A stretch of DNA of 64,000 bases from an uncultured Actinomycetes bacterium. GTDB lineage: Bacteria > Actinomycetota > Coriobacteriia > Anaerosomatales > CAMTYE01. Positions within the stretch are counted from its first letter, which is position 1, and the number at the start of each line of letters is the position of its first letter. The position numbers and the translations under genes were made by a program. Shown here in pieces: positions 55,903 to 64,000 of the stretch. The notes below the pieces were generated by a model. That model did no database searches and was not told where the DNA came from. It worked only from the letters and a program-made list of their open reading frames with translations. The DNA lies in contig CAMTYE010000009.1 in NCBI GenBank assembly GCA_947085935.1, positions 5,153-69,152 of the forward strand. The letters run 5' to 3'.

Positions 55903-56984
55903 ATGAGATTGCTTCTCCCGCACCGCGCCGACACGGACGTAGGCGTCGCAGGGGCGCGCGGGTTCTCGGCATACTACTACTGTTGTTCGTGCTCGTCGTG
56001 GGCGCTCTCGGCGTCGCGGCGTGGACGATGTTCTACACGCCCGCGACCGATGTCCCGTCCGGATCGGGTGTACGAGTTGAGATCGTCTCAGGGATGACGA
56101 CAGCTGTGATCGGCGAAGAACTGGCATCTCGGGGAGTTGTCGATAACGCGAACATGTTCCGGCTCAAGACGCGGCTCGCGGGCGAAGACAGCGCACTGGA
56201 AGCCGGGTCCTACGACCTGATCACGGGCATGGAGTACGAGGATGTCATCGCCACGCTACGGCGCGGTCCGCAGATCACCTACGTCAAACTGACGATTCCC
56301 GAGGGCTGGACCATCGACAGGATCGCTGAACGGATCGAGGCCGAACTCGGCATTCCCGCAGGAGAATTCGCGAGTCTCGCGAAGGGCGGTGCCTCGCAGT
56401 TCGAGTCTGAACACCCCTACCTCGCGGGCGCGTACGACGGCTCACTGGAGGGGTACCTCTTCCCGAAGACCTACGAGATCGTCGAGGGGGCATCGGCGGC
56501 CGATGTGATCGAGGTGATGCTCGCGCAGTTCGAGACCGAGATAGCCGGTGTGGATCTCGCGTATGCCGCTTCGCGCAACCTCACTCCCGCGGACGTCGTG
56601 ATCATCGCCTCGATCGTCGAGCGTGAAGCCAAGCTCGCCAGTGAACGCCCGCTCGTCGCGTCAGTCGTGTACAACCGCCTCAAGAAGGGCATGCGGCTGG
56701 AGATGTGCGCGACCGTCGAGTACGTCCTTCCCGGTGGCCGTCTGCGCCTGACGAACGCTGATCTGCAGATTGACAGCCCCTACAACACGTACCGCAACAC
56801 CGGTCTGACGCCGGGACCGATCTCGAACCCGGGACTCGCCTCCCTGCAGGCTGCGGCGGCTCCGGCCGATACACAATACCTGTTCTACGTGCTCACCGGC
56901 GAGGACGGCTCGCACACGTTCACGAACACATATGCCGAGTTCCAGCAGGCGAAGAAGAGGTCCAAAGAGGTGTTGGGACAGTAG
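55899..56984 (+). CDS. mltG: Endolytic murein transglycosylase MltG (YceG-like)
   Basis: GTG overlaps the ruvX stop. N-terminal TM. Signatures TIPEGWTIDRIAERI, ASIVEREA and DSPYNTYRNTGLTPGPISNPG. Confidence 0.9.
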   Translation: MNEIASPAPRRHGRRRRRGARVLGILLLLFVLVVGALGVAAWTMFYTPATDVPSGSGVRVEIVSGMTTAVIGEELASRGVVDNANMFRLKTRLAGEDSALEAGSYDLITGMEYEDVIATLRRGPQITYVKLTIPEGWTIDRIAERIEAELGIPAGEFASLAKGGASQFESEHPYLAGAYDGSLEGYLFPKTYEIVEGASAADVIEVMLAQFETEIAGVDLAYAASRNLTPADVVIIASIVEREAKLASERPLVASVVYNRLKKGMRLEMCATVEYVLPGGRLRLTNADLQIDSPYNTYRNTGLTPGPISNPGLASLQAAAAPADTQYLFYVLTGEDGSHTFTNTYAEFQQAKKRSKEVLGQ

Positions 56985-57022
56985 GCCCGATGCCATGAGG
57001 CGCGGGACTGACAGACACGGAG

Positions 57023-57517
57023 ATGATGTTGCTTTCACCTGATCACTACTACACGGACGTCCACGCCATAGATCTCGACTCACTTGCCGCGCGCGGCATC
57101 GACACGCTGCTCATGGACCTCGACAACACGCTACTTCCTCGTGATTCGAACGTTGTCCCGGAGGACCTGAAGGAGTGGACCCGCGAGATCAAGCGACGTG
57201 GCTTCAAGGCCTGTCTGGTTTCCAATAACTGGCACGAGCGCGTCAGGGCGGTCGCCGAGGAGCTCGATATCGACCTGGTCGCGAAGGCGATCAAGCCGCT
57301 GCCGTTCGCGTTCCTGAGAGCCCTTGGCAAGCTCGGCTCGAGCCGAACGAACGCGGCAGTGATCGGCGACCAGATCTTCACTGACATACTGGGCGGCAAT
57401 CTGCTGAGCATGACCAGCATATTGGTCGCGCCACTGTCGGGCACCGACCTGCCCCACACACTCTTCCTGCGACGCATCGAGCGCATGGTGCTGGCGGGCC
57501 GGAGTCCCCTGCCGTAG
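57023..57517 (+). CDS. yqeG: YqeG-family HAD-IIIA phosphatase
   Basis: GIDTLLMDLDNTLLPRD, LVSNN and AVIGDQIFTDILGGN. Confidence 0.85.
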   Translation: MMLLSPDHYYTDVHAIDLDSLAARGIDTLLMDLDNTLLPRDSNVVPEDLKEWTREIKRRGFKACLVSNNWHERVRAVAEELDIDLVAKAIKPLPFAFLRALGKLGSSRTNAAVIGDQIFTDILGGNLLSMTSILVAPLSGTDLPHTLFLRRIERMVLAGRSPLP

Positions 57518-57537
57518 ACTTACCCCAGGTTCCCGCC

Positions 57538-58452
57538 GTGATCGGAGTGCGAGTGGGCTTGCGAATCAACGGACGCACGCGACTTGCCGGTATCATCGGC
57601 AATCCAATCACACATACCCTGTCTCCCGCGATGCACAACGCCGCCTATGAGGCGCTCGGATTGGACTGGGTCTACGTTCCGTTGCCACTTGAGGACGAGA
57701 CGGATCTCATGCGCTTCATGGGTGCCGCCCGCGTGCTTCCGTTCGTGGGCTTCAACGTGACCATGCCGTTCAAGCAGGCCATGCTCACGATGTGCGATGA
57801 AGTGGCCATGCTGGCCACCATGGCCGGGGCTGTGAACACCGTGCACTGCGTCGACGGCAGGTTCATCGGCTACAACACGGATGCGCGTGGCCTCGTCGAG
57901 GCGCTTCAGGCCGAGGTGGGGTTCAGCTCGGAGGGACGCGACATCGTCATCATCGGCGCCGGTGGCGCTGCCGGTGCCGCTGCGGTCGGCTTCATGCTCG
58001 GCCGCGCGAACCGAATCACGATCGCCAATCGTAGTCTCGAGCGGGCCGAGGAGCTCTACGGGCGCCTTGCCCCGCATGTACGCACGACCGAAGTCGCAGT
58101 CGTGTCGCTCTCAGACGCAGAGGAGGCGATCTCCTCGGCGGCCGCTGTTATCAACGCGACACCGGTCGGCATGACGCCATCGGAGCCGTCGCCCGTACCC
58201 ACCGCATGGCTCAGGCCCGGTCAGGTCGTATGCGACATGCTCTACGGCCCGCACCGGACTCAGCTGCTCGTCGATGCTGAATCCGCGGGGGCGACCGCCG
58301 TCAGCGGCCTTGGAATGCTCGTTGCCCAGGGTGCGCTTGCGGTCGACATCTGGAGCGAGTCCGCGCAGACCCGCGCGCCCCGCGATGTGATGCACGCTGC
58401 GGCGGTGGATGCTCTGCGAGGCGTCCAGGCAGGGGAGGCTGCGCCGGCGTGA
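57538..58452 (+). CDS. aroE: Shikimate dehydrogenase
   Basis: GIIGNPITHTLSPAMHNAA, NVTMPFK, NTD.RG and IIGAGGAAGA. Confidence 0.9.
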   Translation: MIGVRVGLRINGRTRLAGIIGNPITHTLSPAMHNAAYEALGLDWVYVPLPLEDETDLMRFMGAARVLPFVGFNVTMPFKQAMLTMCDEVAMLATMAGAVNTVHCVDGRFIGYNTDARGLVEALQAEVGFSSEGRDIVIIGAGGAAGAAAVGFMLGRANRITIANRSLERAEELYGRLAPHVRTTEVAVVSLSDAEEAISSAAAVINATPVGMTPSEPSPVPTAWLRPGQVVCDMLYGPHRTQLLVDAESAGATAVSGLGMLVAQGALAVDIWSESAQTRAPRDVMHAAAVDALRGVQAGEAAPA

Positions 58453-60119
58453 GCGTCGCGACCGCAAAGCGGCTCGGCCGTGTGCTCGTCCAGTCCGGCC
58501 TGGTCACCGAAGCACAGCTCTCCGAGGCGCTCGCACTCGAGGGCGTAGCTTCGCTGCCGGCGGCCCTGGCGCGCCTCGGATACGCCGACGACGTGAAGGT
58601 AGCGCAGGTCGTGGCCGATGCCATGGGCCTCGTCTATGTCGACCTCGGGGCCTACGACATCGACGCGCACGCCGCGACGATGCTGTCGTCGGAACTCGCC
58701 AGGCGCTACACCGTTCTTCCGGTCAAGATCCAAGACGGCGAACTGGTCGTCGCGATGTCCGACCCGGCCAACATCTTCGCGATCGACGACCTTCGAATCG
58801 TCACAGGATTCGAGATCAGACCCGTTGTCGCCGCCGAGAGCGATCTGCTTGCGTCCATCGATCGCTACGGAGCATCGCAGCAGAACGTTGATGACATGGT
58901 CGGCGACCTTGAGGGCTCCGTCGCGGTCGGCGAGGACTCCGAGGAGGACCTCGAGGACACCTCCGCGCCCGTGGCCAAGCTCATGAACATGATCATCACC
59001 GAGGCCATCAGACAAGGTGCCGGCGACATCTATATCGAACCGCACGAGACCGAGATGAGGGTACGGTACCGCATCGACGGTGTGTGCCAGGAGGTCTTCC
59101 GCAGCCCCAAGAAGATGCACCGTCAGTTGATCAGCCGCCTGAAGATCTCGGCGGGCATGGATATCGCCGAGCGACGCGTGCCGCAAGACGGGCGGTTCGG
59201 CGTCGTTCTTGAAGGCAAGTCGGTCGATTTCCGCGTCGCGGTCTTGCCGGTCGTCACCGGAGAAATGGCGGTCTTGCGGTTGCTGCGCAAGGACTCGATC
59301 ATGATGTCGCTGCGCGACCTCGGGTTCTTGGATCAGCCTCTCGAGCGATTGATGGGTGCGCTCAAATTGCCGTACGGTGCGATTCTCGTCACCGGTCCGA
59401 CCGGGTCGGGAAAATCGACTACCCTCTACGCCGCCATAAATGAGACCAACGACCCGCGGATCAACCTCATCACCGTGGAGGATCCGGTCGAATACAGGCT
59501 TGCGGGCCTGTCGCAGGTCCAGGTGCACGAGAAGGCGGGACTCACCTTCGCGGCAGCGCTCCGCTCCATTCTGCGCCAGGATCCTGACACGGTGATGATC
59601 GGTGAGATTCGCGACAAGGAGACCGGGACGATCGCGATCGAAGCGGCGCTCACGGGTCACCTCGTGCTGTCCACGCTACACACGAACGACGCTCCGTCCG
59701 CGGTCACGCGGCTGACAGAGATGGGAATCGAGCCGTTCCTGTCCGCATCCGCGATCACCTGCGTACTCGCTCAGCGTCTCGCACGACGGCTCTGCCCTGA
59801 CTGCAAAGAGGAGTACGTGCCCGAAGAGAGCGCGCTCGAGCGCGTCGGCTTTCCCTACCAGCCGGGCACGCCGATAAGGGTATTCAGGTCGCGCGGCTGC
59901 AAGCGCTGCAATGGGATCGGATACAAGGGTCGGATGGGCGTGCATGAGGTACTCACCTTCTCGGAGACCCTCGAACGCCTGACGGTCGAGAACGCATCCG
60001 GCGACGAACTGAAGCGTCAGGCGATAGCGGAGGGCATGAAGACCCTGCGCGACGACGGGTTCGCGAAGGTCGCCATGGGCTTGACCTCCATCGAGGAGAT
60101 CCTCCGCGTCGTCGTGTGA
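58449..60119 (+). CDS. pilB: GspE/PilB-family type IV pilus or type II secretion assembly ATPase
   Basis: GTG overlaps the aroE stop. The N-terminal T2SSE_N-type region includes RLGRVLVQSGLVTEAQLSEALALE. Walker A GPTGSGKSTTLYA. Also IMIGEIRD, and the tetracysteine motif CPDCK...CKRCNGIGYKGR. Confidence 0.9.
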   Translation: MSVATAKRLGRVLVQSGLVTEAQLSEALALEGVASLPAALARLGYADDVKVAQVVADAMGLVYVDLGAYDIDAHAATMLSSELARRYTVLPVKIQDGELVVAMSDPANIFAIDDLRIVTGFEIRPVVAAESDLLASIDRYGASQQNVDDMVGDLEGSVAVGEDSEEDLEDTSAPVAKLMNMIITEAIRQGAGDIYIEPHETEMRVRYRIDGVCQEVFRSPKKMHRQLISRLKISAGMDIAERRVPQDGRFGVVLEGKSVDFRVAVLPVVTGEMAVLRLLRKDSIMMSLRDLGFLDQPLERLMGALKLPYGAILVTGPTGSGKSTTLYAAINETNDPRINLITVEDPVEYRLAGLSQVQVHEKAGLTFAAALRSILRQDPDTVMIGEIRDKETGTIAIEAALTGHLVLSTLHTNDAPSAVTRLTEMGIEPFLSASAITCVLAQRLARRLCPDCKEEYVPEESALERVGFPYQPGTPIRVFRSRGCKRCNGIGYKGRMGVHEVLTFSETLERLTVENASGDELKRQAIAEGMKTLRDDGFAKVAMGLTSIEEILRVVV

Positions 60120-60272
60120 CCCTCACGTTCCGACCGGGCGAAAAGCCGCAGGTCGCGGTTGTTTCGCTGGTGCCTTCGTGAGAGACTAAGGGTGCTCGCC
60201 GCATAGCGGTGGCTTCTTCTCGCACGTTCGGGAAGCATACGCGCCGGCTGCCTCCCGGGAGGTGTCAACTAC

Positions 60273-60881
60273 ATGGCTGACAACGGGATCGGCGATTACT
60301 TCATCAGTGATGCCGAAGACGAATTCCTCGATGACGACGAGCCTATCGCGGTCCCTGTGGTGGTTCCTGTCGTCACGACTGCCGCGCCTGCGGTGGCGCA
60401 GCCACCGATCCCGACGATCCCGGCGCAGCTGCCCCGGCAGGAAGAGACCATTCCTCCGGTGCCACAGGTGGAATGGGACACGGCTCCGCCTCCCGCAGCT
60501 ACCGTCAGGCCGCCGACGCGGGAAGAACAGCTCGCCGGGACGCTTGATTACCTCATGGAGAACTCGACGGACGTTCAGGCCGCTGCGCTGGTGAGCATGG
60601 ATGGCTTCACGATGGCGTCGGCACTGCCCGACGGCATGCAAGAAGACCGGGTCGGTGCCATGTCGGCTGCGATTCTCGGCTTGGGTGAGCGGGCGGCCAC
60701 GGAACTCGGTCGAGGGCAGCTGACTCAGGTCTTCATTGAAGGCGACGACGGCTACGTCGTGCTCATCGCAGCCGGCGATCGAGCCGTGCTGACCGCGCTT
60801 GCCCATGCCGACTCTAAGCTCGGTCTGGTTCTGTACGACATGAAGGCCTGTGCCGAAACGATCGCCGACATCCTCAGGTAG
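60273..60881 (+). CDS. Roadblock/LC7 (MglB/CvnB-like) protein with an acidic, Pro-rich N-terminal extension
   Basis: GGGAGG RBS. The C-terminal 115 aa match the Roadblock pattern (VQAAALVSMDGFTMASAL...AAILGLGERAATELGRGQLTQVFIEGDDGYVVLIAAGDRAVL). Confidence 0.8.
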   Translation: MADNGIGDYFISDAEDEFLDDDEPIAVPVVVPVVTTAAPAVAQPPIPTIPAQLPRQEETIPPVPQVEWDTAPPPAATVRPPTREEQLAGTLDYLMENSTDVQAAALVSMDGFTMASALPDGMQEDRVGAMSAAILGLGERAATELGRGQLTQVFIEGDDGYVVLIAAGDRAVLTALAHADSKLGLVLYDMKACAETIADILR

Positions 60882-60927
60882 ACACCGGATGCGGCGGCTC
60901 CAAAGAAGAAGGGTGCGAAGGTAGCCG

Positions 60928-62925
60928 ATGGCGCTTCGTGGCAACCTCAAGGACTTCAGTCTTCCGGACGTCTTCCAGCTGGTCACGTTCAGCAAGAAGA
61001 CAGGCGTGTTGCGGATCAGGCGGCTCGATGGCTCGGACGGAAGCGTCTGGTTCCGTGACGGGGAGGTCTTCTTCGCGCAATCGAATTGGCGCGGAGAGCC
61101 CCTTGGGGAACGCCTTGTCCATGCCGGCAAGGTCACTCCGAGCGCACTGTCGCGCGCTCTGGAGATCCGCTCCGTCGAGGGCGACTCCGGGCGTCGTCTC
61201 GGTGAGATCCTCGTTGACGAAGGCTACATCACGGCGAAGGTGCTTGAGGCGTTCGTCCAGGAGCAGATCCAGGACACCATCTTCGACCTGATGCGGTGGG
61301 ATGAAGGCGGTTTCGATTTCGAGCTGCTCCCGGAAGTTGTGAGCGAGGATATCGGCCTCTCGATATCGATCGAGAACGTCATCATGGAGGGTTCGCGGCG
61401 CCTTGAGGAGTGGGCACGCATCAAGAAGAAGATCCCCTCCATGGAGATCGTGTTCAAGATGGCCACGGCGCCGGGGGAGGGGACATTCGAGATCTCTCTC
61501 AAGCCCATCGAGTGGAACCTGTTGCTGCTCGTTGACGGCACCCGGAGCGTCGCCGAGCTCGCGCTGGAGACCGCTAGGACCGACTTTGAAGTCAGCCGCA
61601 TCATGTATGGCCTGTTCTCCGCGGGACTCCTGGAGGTCGCGCCTGACGATGAGGTAGCCAGACTTCGTTCCGAGCGCGCCGAACGTGAGGCCGTTCTCGC
61701 TGCGATTCGCGCCCGCGAGTCGGCGGAGCGCGCTGAGGCGGCCCCCGAAGTCGAGGAGCCCGGGAGCGAGCTCTCGGCCAACGCCTCAGCCGATGGCGAT
61801 GTGAACGCTGTATCCGATTCCGAACCCGAGATCGATCTTGAACCGGACTATTCCCTCGCTCCGCCATCTCCGCGGGAGCTGCGCGCCGAGCCCGAGATGC
61901 CGTCGTTCCTGGCGGACGAGACGGTGCCGGCGACCGCCGAGGACATGGACGTCTTCGAGCGCATGATGGGTGCTGTTCTCGAGCATCCCGTGGCCGCTGA
62001 ACCAGAGGCGCCGGTCGTCGAACCCGAGACCCAGGTCGTCGAACTCGAGCCGGCCGCCGAGGAGCCCGAGACGCTCGAGCGCCAACCGCTGTTCACCGAA
62101 TCCGATCAGGAGCCGACGACTGTGGAGGCCGACTCGGTCAGTAGTCTCGAGCGCGACCTGCTCGCGCTTGGTCTCGGTGAGCTTCCGAGCGAGGACCTGT
62201 TGTTGCCGGCGGAATCGACGGATGAAATAGCGCATCACGTCCCCCTCTTCGCGGACTCGGCGCCTGAGCTCGAGTTTGGAGTGACCGCGGAGACCGAGCC
62301 TGAGCAGCTGCCCGAACTCGAGGTCGAGTCCACCTCCGACGACGTCGCCGAGTCCGGGCCGGAGTTCGCGCCCGGCCAGGCTGTAGACCTCGATGCGCCC
62401 CTGGCGGGCGTGAGTGAGACCGACGACGACATGCCATTCGAGGAGTTCGGCGTCGGGACGATTCTCGGTGACCAGTCGGGAGCCGGGGTCATCCGGTTCG
62501 AATCCCCGGACATCGAGTTCACGCGTCCCGACGACGACGAGCCCGATGCGTCTTCCGGGCAGATCGAGCCCGGTCAGGTGGTTCCCGACTTCTCAGCTCT
62601 GCTGGAGTCCCTTGACTCGGGCTCGCTGGAGATCGTTCAGACGCACGACCTCGAGGACGACCTCGACGACGCGCCGACCACTCCCGGTGGCGTGATATCG
62701 ACCGATGCGTTCCTCGCCGATATCAACGGAGAGGATCTGGGGGGCGGGCTGTCCGGTGGGCTGGGGGCTGAGCTCTCTGCGCTGACAGGAGCGAAGGGTG
62801 CTCGCCGCCCCACGGCGAGCGTGAACAGGATCCCGGAACCGGGACAGGGCATCGAATTGCGGCTCGACCGTACCGTGGACAAGGACCTGGTACTGAAGAT
62901 CATCGAGGGAATACGGAACCTCTGA
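60928..62925 (+). CDS. DUF4388 (PATAN-like) domain protein with tandem GspE-N/MshEN-like motifs and a long acidic disordered region
   Basis: N-terminus LRGNLKDFSLPDVFQLVTFSKKTGVLRI...GEVFFA is typical of DUF4388. The motifs PLGERLVHAGKVTPSALSRALEIR and RLGEILVDEGYITAKVLEAFVQEQ are at 61099-61266. About 400 aa are rich in Asp, Glu and Pro. Confidence 0.8.
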   Translation: MALRGNLKDFSLPDVFQLVTFSKKTGVLRIRRLDGSDGSVWFRDGEVFFAQSNWRGEPLGERLVHAGKVTPSALSRALEIRSVEGDSGRRLGEILVDEGYITAKVLEAFVQEQIQDTIFDLMRWDEGGFDFELLPEVVSEDIGLSISIENVIMEGSRRLEEWARIKKKIPSMEIVFKMATAPGEGTFEISLKPIEWNLLLLVDGTRSVAELALETARTDFEVSRIMYGLFSAGLLEVAPDDEVARLRSERAEREAVLAAIRARESAERAEAAPEVEEPGSELSANASADGDVNAVSDSEPEIDLEPDYSLAPPSPRELRAEPEMPSFLADETVPATAEDMDVFERMMGAVLEHPVAAEPEAPVVEPETQVVELEPAAEEPETLERQPLFTESDQEPTTVEADSVSSLERDLLALGLGELPSEDLLLPAESTDEIAHHVPLFADSAPELEFGVTAETEPEQLPELEVESTSDDVAESGPEFAPGQAVDLDAPLAGVSETDDDMPFEEFGVGTILGDQSGAGVIRFESPDIEFTRPDDDEPDASSGQIEPGQVVPDFSALLESLDSGSLEIVQTHDLEDDLDDAPTTPGGVISTDAFLADINGEDLGGGLSGGLGAELSALTGAKGARRPTASVNRIPEPGQGIELRLDRTVDKDLVLKIIEGIRNL

Positions 62926-62944
62926 CGAAGGGTGTAGTCGCTAC

Positions 62945-63472
62945 ATGCAGTCTGTGAAGGTCGTTGTGACAGGCCCTTTCAATGCGGGCAAGACAACGTT
63001 CATCAAGGCAGTGAGCGAGATTACCGTCCTCTCGACGGAGCGTCAGGTCAGTGACGTTTCGGGGGAGGGTGGCGGCGAGACAACGGTCGCCATGGATTTC
63101 GGCCGCATCACTGTTTCAGATGACGTCGTCCTGTACGTCTTCGGCACTCCCGGTCAGGAGCGATTCTCGTTCATGTGGGAGACGTTGTCCGAAGGCATGC
63201 TCGGCTTCGTTCTCCTTGTGGACGCGATGGACCGGGACTCGTTCTCGGACGCCGCAGCCATGATCAAGTTCTTCACGCAGATGTCGGACGTGCCGTTCGT
63301 TGTCGCCGCAAACAAGGTGGACGCCGATGACGTCGATACGATCAGGGACGTTCGTACCATGCTCGGACTCGATGACAGTGTGCCGCTCCTGCCGGTTGAC
63401 GCTCGGGATAGGGACTCGGTGAAGGCGGTCCTCCTCGGCCTCCTTTACGAGATCCTGGATAGCATGGCATAG
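62945..63472 (+). CDS. Small Ras-like GTPase, CvnD/MglA-like
   Basis: P-loop GPFNAGKTTF, switch II FGTPGQERF, and the NKxD box AANKVD. Overall similar to the conservon CvnD type of ATP/GTP-binding protein. Confidence 0.85.
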   Translation: MQSVKVVVTGPFNAGKTTFIKAVSEITVLSTERQVSDVSGEGGGETTVAMDFGRITVSDDVVLYVFGTPGQERFSFMWETLSEGMLGFVLLVDAMDRDSFSDAAAMIKFFTQMSDVPFVVAANKVDADDVDTIRDVRTMLGLDDSVPLLPVDARDRDSVKAVLLGLLYEILDSMA

Positions 63473-63475
63473 CGA

Positions 63476-64000
63476 ATGGACACTCGGCTGATGATCCTGG
63501 CCGGCTCGTTCGTACTCGTGGTGCTGTCCCTCATCGTGCTCCTCGTGGTCATGACGCGCGCCAGGCGCGAGTTCCCGTTCGGTGAGCCGCACCAGGCCGC
63601 GCAGGCCGAGTGGCCGATGCTCGGGCCGGCACCCCGCGAAGTCGTTGCGGCGCACGGTGCCGACCGGACTTTTGCGGAACCTACGTCCGGCATGGCGGTG
63701 ATTCTGAATCAGCCGCTACGCACCGGCTCGTGGAGACCTGACCAGGGGTCTGCATCGTTGATCGATGCGACGACGGACTACTGGGACGGTCTGATCGACG
63801 ATCCGGCACTTCTGGTCCGCTCCAGCCTCCCGGCGCGCGAGCATGTCTCGTCCGGGCCGCCTGCGGACGTGCGGGCGCCCGAATCACAGGTGGATACCGA
63901 TGGCGCTCAACCGCTGTCGGTGACGCTGGCGCCTGCGGTTCCGGTGCGAGATGCGGCCGTTGTCGAATCGAGCGACGGACCTCCTGCCGAGGACTGGCTC
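63476..64000 (+). CDS. Membrane-anchored protein, 3'-truncated by the window edge
   Basis: ATG at 63476, 4 nt after the GTPase stop. My manual translation gives MDTRLMILAGSFVLVVLSLIVLLVVMTRARR... and stays open to position 64000. It is absent from the ORF track because no stop falls in the window. The tail is Pro/Ala-rich. Confidence 0.5.
   Translation, partial: MDTRLMILAGSFVLVVLSLIVLLVVMTRARREFPFGEPHQAAQAEWPMLGPAPREVVAAHGADRTFAEPTSGMAVILNQPLRTGSWRPDQGSASLIDATTDYWDGLIDDPALLVRSSLPAREHVSSGPPADVRAPESQVDTDGAQPLSVTLAPAVPVRDAAVVESSDGPPAEDWL

Overview
High-GC (by eye about two-thirds G+C), tightly packed chromosomal segment with about 65 protein genes. I saw no rRNA, tRNA, CRISPR array, transposase or integrase, or obvious prophage. 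The backbone is the housekeeping gene order typical of Actinomycetota: pdxS-pdxT-yebC-ruvC-ruvA-ruvB, yajC-secD-secF-recJ-relA, hisS-aspS, and alaS-ruvX-mltG-aroE. A Firmicute-like queH/queA/tgt block sits between ruvB and yajC. Anaerobe markers are present: a B12-dependent class II RNR (NrdJ), a 1Fe superoxide reductase, and a secreted multihaem cytochrome. Most of the window is ordinary core genome. The parts worth a second look are listed here.
1. 0.2-7.3 kb is an envelope block. It holds a sensor-like double-Cache protein with no output domain, lipoproteins, and a GerMN-TPR-NHL gene run ending in a secreted seven-haem c-type cytochrome. This may be a Gram-positive-type extracellular electron-transfer module.
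2. 38.1-41.8 kb is a single 1216-aa ORF fusing RecJ exonuclease, a HIRAN domain and a RecQ-like helicase.
3. 58.4-64.0 kb has a PilB-type ATPase followed by a Roadblock/LC7 protein, a DUF4388 (PATAN-like) protein carrying tandem GspE-N/MshEN-like motifs, a CvnD/MglA-like small GTPase, and a membrane-anchored protein. This looks like a non-canonical conservon-like GTPase switch attached to a pilus or secretion motor.
4. A polytopic membrane protein is translationally coupled between ruvA and ruvB.
5. There are several candidate operators: a LexA box upstream of ruvC, tandem palindromes in the nrdJ promoter, and an ATGAACGG repeat cluster.
6. There are two small eight-cysteine proteins.
All product calls rest on motifs I recognised by eye in the supplied translations. 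No database search was run.
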